NCBI GenBank assembly: GCA_030619885.1
Contig: JAUXAN010000001.1
Span: 75,474-139,473 of the forward strand
Reading direction: 5' to 3'
DNA from: a bacterium
Lineage (GTDB): Bacteria > Hydrothermota > DG-26 > JAUXAN01
DNA: 64,000 nucleotides
Shown here: piece by piece, positions 1-9,363 of the stretch
How the letters are laid out: each line of letters starts with the position of its first letter
Numbering within the stretch: the first letter of the stretch is position 1
Position numbers and translations under genes: made by a program
The notes under the pieces: generated by a model
What the model saw: only the letters and a program-made list of their open reading frames with translations
Told to the model about the DNA's origin: nothing
The model's database searches: none

Positions 1-1640
1 ATCAGTCTTATGCCCACAAGTTATTGACTGGCAGAAGAGAATCTTTTCACACATTGAGACAGTATGGAGGGATTTCAGGATTTCCTTCTCCATTTGAAAG
101 TAGATACGACGCATTTGGCACAGGTCATTCATCCACATCGATTTCTGCCGCACTCGGTATGGCATGCTCGAGAGATTATACACAGGACGACTACAAAATT
201 GTTGCAGTGATCGGTGATGGCGCTCTGACTGGAGGTATGTCATACGAGGCACTCAATCAGACAGGTTACCTGAAAAAAGATATTATAGTCATTTTGAACG
301 ATAACAGTATGTCCATCTCAAAAAATGTTGGTGCAATGTCAAACTACCTCAGTAAGATCATCACAAAACCCATCTATAACAGATTTAAAGATGATGTATG
401 GGAACTGTTGGGCAAACTGCCCCCAGCACTGAGTTCAAAAACAAGGGGATTGGCGAGTAAAATAACCGAAGATTTGAAAAATCTTCTTGTCCCCTCAGGT
501 CTTTTTGAAGAACTGGGTTTCAGATATTTTGGCCCTCTTGATGGTCATAACCTCGACTTACTCATAAAGACTTTTCAAAATATTAAAAGATTGAAGGGTC
601 CGATATTGTTGCATGTCCTTACAAAGAAAGGTAAGGGGCATGACCCTGCCGAGAATAATCCGAGTAAATTTCATGGGGTAGGACCGAATATGGGTAAATC
701 TCTGCCAAAGCGAGAGACCTATACGGATGTATTTGCAAAGAGTATAATTGAGCTTGCTCAAAAGGATAAAAAGATAGTTGCGATAACTGCGGCTATGCCT
801 GATGGAACAGGATTGATCGAGTTTTCTAAAAGATTTCCTGAGAGGTTTTTTGATGTTGGTATAGCCGAGCAGCACGCGGTCGCGTTCGCCGCCGGTCTTG
901 CCATTTCTGGGTATAAACCTGTGTGTGCAATATATTCGACGTTTCTCCAGCGTGCATACGACCAGGTGATCCACGATGTCTGTTTACAAAAACTACCGGT
1001 AACATTCTGCATAGATAGAGGAGGCGTTGTTGGAGAGGATGGTCCAACCCATCATGGTGCCTTCGATCTTTCCTATTTGAGACTCGTTCCAAATTTAATC
1101 ATTATGGCTCCAAAGGACAAAGATGAACTGAAAGATATGCTATTCACGGCAACAACCTATAAAGACGGACCTGTTGCAATACGATACCCAAAAGGAGAGG
1201 TGGCTGGAGAAGACTTAAAAAAGGAGAGGACAAAATTGAATATCGGCGAGGCAGAAATTCTAGTGCAGGGCAAAGATGTGTGTTTAATCGGGGTAGGAAG
1301 TATGGTCTGCGAATGTATCTCTGCAGCCTCTATGCTCAAAAAGGACGGCATATCTGTTGAGGTCATAAATATTAGATTCATTAAGCCGCTCGATAAAAAA
1401 CTTTTGAGCGGTGTGTTCAAAAGAATAAAAAGGGTTTTGACGGTTGAAGAGAATGTGCTCACAGGTGGCTTTGGCTCAGCAATAATGGAATTTCTGACAG
1501 AAGAAGAGCTCGGTGATGTCCAGCTTAAAAGAATAGGATTTCCCGACAAGTTTATTGAACATGGCCCCAGAAATTTACTTCTTGAAAAATATGGTTTGAA
1601 ATCAGAACACATTGCTCAAATCGTGAAAGAATGGATATAA
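1..1640 (+). CDS. dxs: 1-deoxy-D-xylulose-5-phosphate synthase, 5' end cut by window edge
   Basis: Reading frame is open from nt 1. Motifs (Y)AHKLLTGRR and GDGALTGGM plus the C-terminal transketolase-like region align with E. coli Dxs from about residue 70 to the end. Confidence 0.92.
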   Translation, partial: QSYAHKLLTGRRESFHTLRQYGGISGFPSPFESRYDAFGTGHSSTSISAALGMACSRDYTQDDYKIVAVIGDGALTGGMSYEALNQTGYLKKDIIVILNDNSMSISKNVGAMSNYLSKIITKPIYNRFKDDVWELLGKLPPALSSKTRGLASKITEDLKNLLVPSGLFEELGFRYFGPLDGHNLDLLIKTFQNIKRLKGPILLHVLTKKGKGHDPAENNPSKFHGVGPNMGKSLPKRETYTDVFAKSIIELAQKDKKIVAITAAMPDGTGLIEFSKRFPERFFDVGIAEQHAVAFAAGLAISGYKPVCAIYSTFLQRAYDQVIHDVCLQKLPVTFCIDRGGVVGEDGPTHHGAFDLSYLRLVPNLIIMAPKDKDELKDMLFTATTYKDGPVAIRYPKGEVAGEDLKKERTKLNIGEAEILVQGKDVCLIGVGSMVCECISAASMLKKDGISVEVINIRFIKPLDKKLLSGVFKRIKRVLTVEENVLTGGFGSAIMEFLTEEELGDVQLKRIGFPDKFIEHGPRNLLLEKYGLKSEHIAQIVKEWI

Positions 1641-2884
1641 GAATCCCTTACGGTAAAGAAGAGAAAATAATATCGCTTGAAGATGAAAGGGTATTAAAGA
1701 TCGTTTTTCCATCTTCTGTCTCGGCCCCAGACGAATTGAAGGTCATTTCAAAGGCTATTGAAAACCCGCTTGGCTTTAAATCCTTAAAAGATTTTTTAAA
1801 GAACGGAAAGAAGGTTATTTTCATAGTCAATGATGCGACCCGTTTCACACCCACCCCGAAGGTATTAGAAGTTCTTCATGACCAACTCAATGATATTAAT
1901 ATAAAATTCCTTGTGGCTTCTGGTTCTCATCCAGAACCTACGGAAGAAGAATACAGATTCATATTTGGCAGGTTTTATGAAGAATTCAAAGAGAGAATAT
2001 TCTATCACGATGCGAAGAGATATGAGGATATGGCGTATGTTGGGACTTCAAAGAGTGGGACAGAGTATTATCTGAACCGACTGGCAGTAGAGTCGGACAG
2101 AATTATTGTTATAACCTCGGTTGCACCACATTACTTCGCAGGATTTATGGGAGGTAGAAAGTCTTTTCTGCCGGGGATCTCCTCTTATAAGACTATTGAA
2201 CAGAATCATAAACTTGCCCTAAAAGATGGGGTAGCAACCTTTGCACTAAATGGAAATCCTGTGAATGAAGATATGGAAGAAATATTGAACTTTTTACCCG
2301 CCGAAAATATATTCGCAGTTCAGATGGTTCTGAGCAGAGATAAAAAAATCGTTGATGCATCAGCTGGTGGGATTGTGGAATCTTTCAACGCTTTAGTACC
2401 GAAGGTGAAAGAGATCTATGGGATGAGAATAGAAGAGAAGGCGGAGGTGGTCTGTTCGGTCATCCGTCCTCCCCAGGACGCAACACTGTACGATTCAAGA
2501 AAGGTGATGCAAAATGGGGTCATCGCACTGAAAAACGGTGGTATTCATATTTTAGTTACAAAATGTGGAAGGGGGATTGGTCCGACATGGTTCTATGAAT
2601 TGGTATCGAGTGAGCCGACACCAGAAAGGTTGCTCGAGAAGTTGAGCACTAATTTCAAACTCGGGGACCAGAGAGAAGGTAAGTGGGCGAAGATGGTGAG
2701 CGAACACGAGATATGGTACTGTTCCGATTTAGAAGAGGGTGTATTGAGCAGTATGTTCGTAAAATCTTTTCACGACCCCCAAAAGGCCATAGATGAGGCT
2801 TTAAAGAAAAAAGGCAAGTCAGCAAAGATAGTGTTCTTGATGGATAGTAGCGAGACCGTCCCTATTCCTATTTTTGACGGATGA
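1631..2884 (+). CDS. LarA-like (lactate racemase / DUF2088 family) protein
   Basis: About 417 aa. N-terminal region resembles the LarA/DUF2088 domain (NDATRFTPT, GSHPEPTEEE). Start overlaps the dxs stop. Confidence 0.45.
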   Translation: MDIRIPYGKEEKIISLEDERVLKIVFPSSVSAPDELKVISKAIENPLGFKSLKDFLKNGKKVIFIVNDATRFTPTPKVLEVLHDQLNDINIKFLVASGSHPEPTEEEYRFIFGRFYEEFKERIFYHDAKRYEDMAYVGTSKSGTEYYLNRLAVESDRIIVITSVAPHYFAGFMGGRKSFLPGISSYKTIEQNHKLALKDGVATFALNGNPVNEDMEEILNFLPAENIFAVQMVLSRDKKIVDASAGGIVESFNALVPKVKEIYGMRIEEKAEVVCSVIRPPQDATLYDSRKVMQNGVIALKNGGIHILVTKCGRGIGPTWFYELVSSEPTPERLLEKLSTNFKLGDQREGKWAKMVSEHEIWYCSDLEEGVLSSMFVKSFHDPQKAIDEALKKKGKSAKIVFLMDSSETVPIPIFDG

Positions 2885-4016
2885 AGTTGAGTGTAGCAGT
2901 TTTTGCCCACTTTTCAGATTGAACTATCTCGTCGAATGTGGGTCTGTCTACCTTTCTATGATTTTTCAATATATGAACGAGCACCTCTGGTATTTCTGTA
3001 AATGGGAGATTCCCGGTTAGAAATTGGTCCACTGCTACCTCGTCCGCAGCGTTTAGAACTGCAGGAACAGTACCACCATCCTCTACAGCACTGTAAGCAA
3101 GACCTAAACATGGGAATCTATCTGAATCGACAGATTTGAATTCTAACTTTTCTACCTCCACTAAATTACAAAATTCGACTCGAGATGGAAATCTCTCTGG
3201 AAATGTGAGCCCATACTGGATTGGCAACCTCATATCAGGCACTGACATTTGTGCCAGAATTGAACCATCTAAAAATTCTACCATCGAATGGATTATAGAC
3301 TGGGGATGTATGACAACTTTTATTTTATCTATCCCAACTCTGAAGAAGAAGTGTGTTTCTATAACTTCGAATCCCTTGTTCATAAGTGTAGCAGAATCTA
3401 CACTTATCTTCTTTCCCATCTTCCATGTAGGGTGTGACACTGCATCCCTTACACTGATAGATTTAAAATCTTCTTTGTGCACATTTATAAACGGACCCCC
3501 GGAAGCAGTCAGAATAATACTTTTTACATCTTCTACATTACGGTTGTGGAGACATTGGTGAACAGCCACGACCTCCGAATCTATCGGAAGAAGTGTGGCA
3601 TTATTTCTGGAAATTTCTTCCATCAATATCTCACCGTAAGCGACTATGGCCTCTTTATTCGCGATAGCTACCTTCTTCCCATTTTTTATCGCTTCAAGAG
3701 TCGGATATATGCCAGAAGAACCAACTATCGCATTCACCACTGTATCAAGTCGACTCTCACCAGCCAGTTCGCAGAGCCCTTCTATGCCGCGTAAAATTTT
3801 TAAATTTGGAAAATCCTTTTTTAACTCTTTATATCCTGTCTCCTCAATTATTACCACGATTTCTGGATTGAATTTCTTTATCTGTTCTCTCAGTTTCTCC
3901 ACATTTCGATTTGCAGTTAAACCATAGACCTTGAATCTATCTTTCAATGATGAAACTACATCGAGGGTCTGAGTACCTATGGAACCTGTAGAACCTAATA
4001 TTGCAATATTCTCCAT
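2868..4016 (-). CDS. dxr: 1-deoxy-D-xylulose 5-phosphate reductoisomerase
   Basis: MENIAILGSTGSIGTQTLDV is the Dxr NADPH-binding motif. The start is trimmed to the Met at 4016; the longer ORF extending to 4067 adds a non-Dxr-like extension. Confidence 0.9.
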   Translation of the reverse strand: MENIAILGSTGSIGTQTLDVVSSLKDRFKVYGLTANRNVEKLREQIKKFNPEIVVIIEETGYKELKKDFPNLKILRGIEGLCELAGESRLDTVVNAIVGSSGIYPTLEAIKNGKKVAIANKEAIVAYGEILMEEISRNNATLLPIDSEVVAVHQCLHNRNVEDVKSIILTASGGPFINVHKEDFKSISVRDAVSHPTWKMGKKISVDSATLMNKGFEVIETHFFFRVGIDKIKVVIHPQSIIHSMVEFLDGSILAQMSVPDMRLPIQYGLTFPERFPSRVEFCNLVEVEKLEFKSVDSDRFPCLGLAYSAVEDGGTVPAVLNAADEVAVDQFLTGNLPFTEIPEVLVHILKNHRKVDRPTFDEIVQSEKWAKTATLNFIRQK

Positions 4017-4054
4017 TTTTACATTCTCAAGAAACCACAAGATTACATTCACCC

Positions 4055-4072
4055 TGCACCTATGCATAGGTG
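4055..4072. promoter_or_regulatory. 18-bp perfect palindrome GCACCTATGCATAGGTGC upstream of dxr
   Basis: Self-complementary over 18 bp and flanked by CCCTG/CGGGG. Lies 39 bp upstream of the dxr start codon. Confidence 0.4.
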
Positions 4073-4251
4073 CGGGGCAGGGATATTCACAAGATTATTC
4101 TCCTTTTCTCTAATTTTCCTTTACCAAAGTTCAGAAGTAACCCAACCAGGAACCCATCTCCTAATTTGTTGTGAACTTCCATAGATGCACCTATGATTTC
4201 ATAAGTTAGGTCTTTATATAACCATTTCTCATCATCTGTGCTCATCTTGTG

Positions 4252-5088
4252 TTATCTCGTGGTTAAATTTGTTATAAAAAAACTTATGTAATAATAACTT
4301 ATCGGTATTGTAAATATCAGACTATCCATTCTGTCTAAAACCCCTCCATGTCCGGGCAAAATTTTAGAGGAGTCTTTAATACCCGCATCGCGTTTTAAAA
4401 GGGACTCGACGAGGTCTCCTGTTTGAGCGAGAACGGAATTGAGCACACCTAATATTATACAATGGACGAAAGGAAGCCAGGGTGCAAAGGTCAACTTTGC
4501 TACCACTCCGGCGAGGATAGAGAAAAGAATACCACCAATGGCTCCCTCCACAGACTTTCCTGTACTCACACGCAGAAAGAGTTTCTTTCTACCAAATTTA
4601 AGGCCTGTGAAGTATGCGGCTGTATCATAAACACATGTATATACCAAGGGTATAAATACGTAACTTGCACCTGACCTTCGCAGCCAGATTATTGGTCCTA
4701 AAAAGAATGCAGGATAGATGATACCGAATACCATTCCACAGATGTGAGATAGAGCACCTGATACATCCTTTGCAAGCCTGATTATTAAAACGGATAAGAA
4801 AACTAAAGTGATGATGAGGAGCAAGAATCTATCCCAGTAAAATCCTGCTCCAACAGCGAGTGCGCCAATGATACCGAGTAAGTCAAATGTTTCTGTTCCC
4901 CTTCTTTTCAATAGAGAAAAAACCTCCACAGAGCAGAAGAGGATAACCACTTCTGTAAATATGAAAAAATATACTCCGCCTGCGAGCGTGAAGATAAACA
5001 AGCAAATACCGAGGATTATTCCGGTGAGAACCCTTTTTTGAAGGTCAGACCCTTCCAAATCTCCTCTCTCTTTTCTGATAATCACCAA
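4252..5088 (-). CDS. cdsA: phosphatidate cytidylyltransferase
   Basis: Multi-TM protein with the C-terminal PGHGGVLDRMDS CdsA signature. The true start may be internal, because the ORF overlaps uppS by 44 nt. Confidence 0.85.
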   Translation of the reverse strand: MVIIRKERGDLEGSDLQKRVLTGIILGICLFIFTLAGGVYFFIFTEVVILFCSVEVFSLLKRRGTETFDLLGIIGALAVGAGFYWDRFLLLIITLVFLSVLIIRLAKDVSGALSHICGMVFGIIYPAFFLGPIIWLRRSGASYVFIPLVYTCVYDTAAYFTGLKFGRKKLFLRVSTGKSVEGAIGGILFSILAGVVAKLTFAPWLPFVHCIILGVLNSVLAQTGDLVESLLKRDAGIKDSSKILPGHGGVLDRMDSLIFTIPISYYYISFFITNLTTR

Positions 5089-5758
5089 TTGCCTCGAGCA
5101 GATGCCTTTTTTTAAAATCTGGCCACAGAACTTTTGTCACCCAAATTTCAGTGTAAGCGATCTGCCACAGAAGGAAATTGGAAACGCGAAATTCTCCACT
5201 CGTTCTTATCAAGAGGTCCGGATCTGGAATCTCTGGATTATATAGATAGTTTGAAAACAATTTTTCTGATAAAGTTTCCGGGTCAGTATTTTCTTTGCAT
5301 AATTTCTTAATAGCGTCGATGATTTCAGCCCTCCCTCCATAACTCAAAGCTAAAATCAAATTAAGACCTGTATTAGCGGATGTTTTTTCAATTGCTGATC
5401 TGAGTTCTTTTAAAACATAAGAAGGGAGTTGTCCTGTTCTACCGATTGTGAGTAATCTCACATTATTCTCATTGATTTCGTCTATCTCGTTTCTAATTGT
5501 TTCTTTCAAAAAATTCATAAGCATCTTTACCTCTGTTTTTGGTCTCTGCCAGTTTTCGGTTGAGAATGCATAGAGGGTGAGGTATTTCACTCCGAGTTCA
5601 CCACATGTTCTCACCACATCCCTTACCGGTTTAATGGCCGCTCTATGTCCTGCAATTCTCGGAAAATTTCGTTTCTCTGCCCATCTTCCATTACCGTCCA
5701 TTATGATAGCGATATGTTCTGGGATTGATTTAACCATCTCTTTCATACTATCTATCAT
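5045..5758 (-). CDS. uppS: isoprenyl transferase (undecaprenyl-diphosphate synthase)
   Basis: IIMDGNGRWA and RTSGE..RVSNFLLWQ motifs. Sits in the conserved uppS-cdsA-dxr gene order. Confidence 0.9.
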   Translation of the reverse strand: MIDSMKEMVKSIPEHIAIIMDGNGRWAEKRNFPRIAGHRAAIKPVRDVVRTCGELGVKYLTLYAFSTENWQRPKTEVKMLMNFLKETIRNEIDEINENNVRLLTIGRTGQLPSYVLKELRSAIEKTSANTGLNLILALSYGGRAEIIDAIKKLCKENTDPETLSEKLFSNYLYNPEIPDPDLLIRTSGEFRVSNFLLWQIAYTEIWVTKVLWPDFKKRHLLEAIGDYQKRERRFGRV

Positions 5759-5911
5759 ATCAATACCCTATCATCGTGTCAAGAAAAAATTGCAACCTCG
5801 GAGGTGTAGAGTTCACAGGAAACTGAAGAGGAATTAAGAAAATAAGAAAATGGAAATTGTGGAAATGAACGGATAAATTTCTTAATTTCCTAATTTCTAT
5901 TTTCTTGTGTC

Positions 5912-5937
5912 AATCTGTGGTTGTTTTTTCCTTGACA
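5912..5937 (+). promoter_or_regulatory. AATCTGTGG motif, 11-bp spacer, TTGACA -35 box (promoter of the 6015 gene)
   Basis: Sequence is aatctgtgg-ttgttttttcc-ttgaca. The same arrangement recurs at 22250-22275. Confidence 0.45.
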
Positions 5938-6014
5938 AGGAAATTTTGAAATGTAATTTTTTATATTATATTATGAATTCACCTTTTAAAGAAATATCTT
6001 CCAACAGCAGTTAG

Positions 6015-6965
6015 ATGAGCAAAAGCACGTTCTTCATACTTCTGAATGCAATTTTGATTGTGCTGTTCTTCCTGATAGTGAGCCTTTTCAAGAACTCGTA
6101 CGAGAAAAAATTCTCAAATTTGGAAAAAACAATAAAGGAAATAGAACTATCGAAACTCGAAATAATAACCAATGATTTTGCAAAAATGTCAATCGTATCT
6201 ATGGTGGAAGATGATACGTTAATTTTTGGGGAAATTTCTGAGAGAATGAAAGAAGATTATGAGTCTATAATTTATGCCGTCGCCATAGATAGAGATAAGA
6301 AAATATGGGGGTCTTCGGGCGATGCATTACCCGAAAAATTGTCCGAATTGAAGGGGGAGAGATATCTGCTGCAGGAATGCAAATATGGTTACGAAAAAAT
6401 TTATGATGCCGCTTCACCAATAGTTTTTGGTGGAATAAAAATTGGCGAAGTTCATATCGGATTCAATAAGAAGAAATTTGAAGTAAAATATACCTCTCCT
6501 GGAATTAATATGAATATCGTTTTTGTATTCTTAATCGGAATTGTCCTTTTGAACCTCCTCATAATAGGTAGCAATTATCTATACAGAAGACGAATACATA
6601 GAGGATTGATGGCAAAAGATAAAGGATTGAAAAATAGAATAGAGCACTTGACTACCAAAATAGAGAAACTTAAAGAAGAGGATAAAAAGTACTCATTCCG
6701 ATTGGCAGAACTCGATGAGGCTGAAAGTGATTTGAAGAAAGAAATCGAAGATATTAAAAAACTTGAGGACGAAATTAAAGAAAAAGAAGCCAAAGTTGAG
6801 AAGGACACAAAAAAAATCCTGCATGAAATTGAAGATATGGAAACTAAAAAAGAGGCAAAACCCGAAGTCGAAGAATTGATTAAGGATGCAAAAGAAAGAC
6901 TCGATAAAACCCAGGATTTGAAGAACAAGTATAGTTCACTACTGGACAAATTAAAGGAAGTATAG
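6015..6965 (+). CDS. hypothetical membrane protein: TM, periplasmic domain, TM, then a K/E-rich coiled coil
   Basis: Two predicted TM helices flank a roughly 140-aa domain. The C-terminal 120 aa are strongly K/E-rich and heptad-like. No catalytic motif recognised. Confidence 0.5.
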   Translation: MSKSTFFILLNAILIVLFFLIVSLFKNSYEKKFSNLEKTIKEIELSKLEIITNDFAKMSIVSMVEDDTLIFGEISERMKEDYESIIYAVAIDRDKKIWGSSGDALPEKLSELKGERYLLQECKYGYEKIYDAASPIVFGGIKIGEVHIGFNKKKFEVKYTSPGINMNIVFVFLIGIVLLNLLIIGSNYLYRRRIHRGLMAKDKGLKNRIEHLTTKIEKLKEEDKKYSFRLAELDEAESDLKKEIEDIKKLEDEIKEKEAKVEKDTKKILHEIEDMETKKEAKPEVEELIKDAKERLDKTQDLKNKYSSLLDKLKEV

Positions 6966-6997
6966 ATATTTTATTCCAAATTTTGTAATTCCCCAAT

Positions 6998-8200
6998 ATG
7001 TTGACAATTAAATTGATCACCATCGTTGTCATTATAGTGTTACTTTTTATTTTGAAAAAGGAATTATGGCTTTTCATGCTTTTCGCCTCGCTCATTCTAT
7101 CAATTCTTTCTGGAGTTACACCTCAAAAATTTTTTATTGGTGTTCTACATGCTTTGAGTGATATCTCGACAATAAGAATTGTTACATCTATCTATCTCAT
7201 CATAACCCTCGGCACCGTTCTTGCCGCAACCGGGTATTTCAAGAAATTGACCAATTCTTTAGACCGACTCCTGCCTGACTTGAGATTCTCAATCGTTATC
7301 CCTCCTGCTCTTCTTGGATTGCTACCTATGCCTGCAGGGGCGATGATGTCAGCACCTATGGTAAAAGAATCTGGCAAAAAATTCAACCTTTCACCTGAAG
7401 ATATGACTTTTTTCAATTACTGGTTCAGACATATCTGGGAATATTCATGGCCGCTCTATCCAGGATTGATACTAGCAGCCACACTCGTTGATCTTCCCAT
7501 TACCACATTAGCCATAAGACAGTCGCCTATGATAGTCCTCGCTGCATCATTGGGCCTTCTGTTTTTGTGTGCAAGAATCGCACAACCTGAAATCAAGTCT
7601 CTTTCAATCTCCCCGAGTGCTTTTTTAGAATTTTTCACCTCTATCTGGCCAATATTGAGTATTATCATTCTGGTTATAGTGTTAAAAATCAACCTTGTTG
7701 CTGCGCTAATTTCTGTTTTGATTTTATGCTTTGTCATCCACAAAATGAGATTCCGAATGATTTTGAAATCTTTAAAAGATGGGTTTGCACCCAAGACGCT
7801 GTTACTGATTGTATCGGTGATGGTCTTTAAAAAAATTCTGGAAATCTCAGGAATTGTAGCGCTCGTTCCTCAAATTCTGATGCGATACAGTGTACCAGTT
7901 ACAGTCCCACTTTTTCTCAGCGCTTTTTTTGCAGGTTTCGTTACAGGTATCAACTCGGCTTTTGTTGGAATATCATTCCCAATTTTTCTCTCTGTATTGA
8001 AGTCCGATATTGATTTAACATTTTTTGCTTACATATCTGGTTTCGCTGGCGTGTTACTCTCTCCTGTCCATCTCTGTTTGGTAGTGACGAAAGAGTATTA
8101 CAAAGCAAACCTTGCAAAAGTATACATCAGGCTGCTCCCTGCAGTAATTCTATTGCTCTCTTTTGGAATCTTCATAGCCTATGTAAGAGGCATAAAATGA
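6998..8200 (+). CDS. polytopic membrane protein (possible DUF401-like permease)
   Basis: 400 aa with at least 10 hydrophobic helices. The family assignment is tentative. Confidence 0.5.
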   Translation: MLTIKLITIVVIIVLLFILKKELWLFMLFASLILSILSGVTPQKFFIGVLHALSDISTIRIVTSIYLIITLGTVLAATGYFKKLTNSLDRLLPDLRFSIVIPPALLGLLPMPAGAMMSAPMVKESGKKFNLSPEDMTFFNYWFRHIWEYSWPLYPGLILAATLVDLPITTLAIRQSPMIVLAASLGLLFLCARIAQPEIKSLSISPSAFLEFFTSIWPILSIIILVIVLKINLVAALISVLILCFVIHKMRFRMILKSLKDGFAPKTLLLIVSVMVFKKILEISGIVALVPQILMRYSVPVTVPLFLSAFFAGFVTGINSAFVGISFPIFLSVLKSDIDLTFFAYISGFAGVLLSPVHLCLVVTKEYYKANLAKVYIRLLPAVILLLSFGIFIAYVRGIK

Positions 8201-8334
8201 AAATTGAGAACCCTGAAAAAGTTGGCTAACCACGAGATTACACAAGATGAACACAAGAAAAATTTCTTGACTAACTCTACAACCCTTTTTGTAATAGAAA
8301 ACATAGATTTAACTCAAAGTTATTTTTTAAAAAT

Positions 8335-8397
8335 TAATCTGTATCTATCTGCGTTCATCTGCGGTTAGAATAATTTCCTGCAAAATTTTTCTTGACA
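8335..8397 (+). promoter_or_regulatory. three direct AATCTG(T/C)G repeats at ~10-bp period upstream of a TTGACA box (8451/8775 operon)
   Basis: Sequence is taatctgta-tct-atctgcgt-tc-atctgcgg ... cttgaca. Confidence 0.45.
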
Positions 8398-8450
8398 AAA
8401 AGTTTAAGATATGCGAAAATAATTTTAGATCCTGTAAAAAGGAGGTAAAG

Positions 8451-8708
8451 ATGGAAGAGAAGGAAATTGGGGTAGTTGAAGACTATTTTGCTCATGTGGG
8501 TGTGCTTGCCTTAAAAATTACCAACGGAACACTGAGTACTGGTGACATCATTCATATCAAAGGGCATACAACGGATTTTACACAGAAGATAGAATCAATG
8601 GAGATAGAACATGAAGCTATAGAAAAAGCAAATGTTGGTGATTCTGTTGGTATCAAAGTATCGGAGAGGGTAAGAAGACACGACAAGGTCTATAAGGTAA
8701 TAGAGTAA
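8451..8708 (+). CDS. small EF-Tu domain-2-like beta-barrel protein
   Basis: 85 aa. GD..HIKG....F...I.S.E......A..GD.VGIKV pattern typical of elongation-factor domain 2. Strong RBS AAAGGAGG upstream. Confidence 0.55.
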   Translation: MEEKEIGVVEDYFAHVGVLALKITNGTLSTGDIIHIKGHTTDFTQKIESMEIEHEAIEKANVGDSVGIKVSERVRRHDKVYKVIE

Positions 8709-8774
8709 AATTAGGCCAAACGCGTTTGGTAATGTCAAAAATGTTGTGAAAGAAACCACAGGGGAGGGGAAATT

Positions 8775-9299
8775 ATGGGTTCTCAAAAAGAAGTTTTAAA
8801 GACTGTGGCAGAGTTGATGGAACTTTCTGCACGCACCGCACCAAAGAGTGCAGGCAGAGATTTTATCGTCACAAAAATAGTTCACACCGAAGAAGTCTCT
8901 AAATTGGGTGATGAGATGGTTAAATATGGGAAAGAGACGGGAAAGAAAAATTTTGACAGGGATGGCATGAATGTTAAAAATTCTGATTGCGTTCTGCTCA
9001 TAGGCTTAAAAGATGCCGACACTCTCGGTTTAAACTGTGGTGGGTGTGGGAGTGAAAGATGTGAAGAGTTAGAACCGAAAGAGATGAAAGAGTTCAAGGG
9101 GCCCCAGTGTGCATTGCGGTTGTTAGATCTGGGGATAGCGATTGGTTCTGCTGTGAAGACTGCGAGCATTCTGAATGTGGATAATCGAATAATGTACAGA
9201 GCAGGGGTAGTTGCGAGGAAGATGGGTCTCATTGACGCCGATGTGGTGATGGGAATCCCCATCTCCGCTACAGGGAAAAGCATATATTTCGATAGATAG
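8775..9299 (+). CDS. DUF2148-like ferredoxin-domain protein
   Basis: 174 aa with an LNCGGCGSERC cysteine cluster. RBS GGGGAGGGG precedes the start. Confidence 0.5.
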   Translation: MGSQKEVLKTVAELMELSARTAPKSAGRDFIVTKIVHTEEVSKLGDEMVKYGKETGKKNFDRDGMNVKNSDCVLLIGLKDADTLGLNCGGCGSERCEELEPKEMKEFKGPQCALRLLDLGIAIGSAVKTASILNVDNRIMYRAGVVARKMGLIDADVVMGIPISATGKSIYFDR

Positions 9300-9363
9300 A
9301 TTTATATAAAAAGTGTTCAGGTCTTGATTTTTGAATTTTCGCCAAAAGGAAGAATAAGTCGAG

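Noticed and set aside
558-1612. Antisense ORFs inside dxs (558..974, 758..1012, 826..1092, 1157..1612) and similar embedded ORFs inside dxr, fabF, hppA, the SBBP gene and others
   Set aside because: They overlap strongly supported genes on the opposite strand and have low-complexity, unrecognisable translations. They are spurious.
2868-4067. Long 399-aa form of dxr starting at 4067
   Set aside because: The extra 17 N-terminal residues (MHRCRVNVILWFLENVK) are not Dxr-like. The conserved N-terminus begins at MENIAILGSTGSIG (4016).
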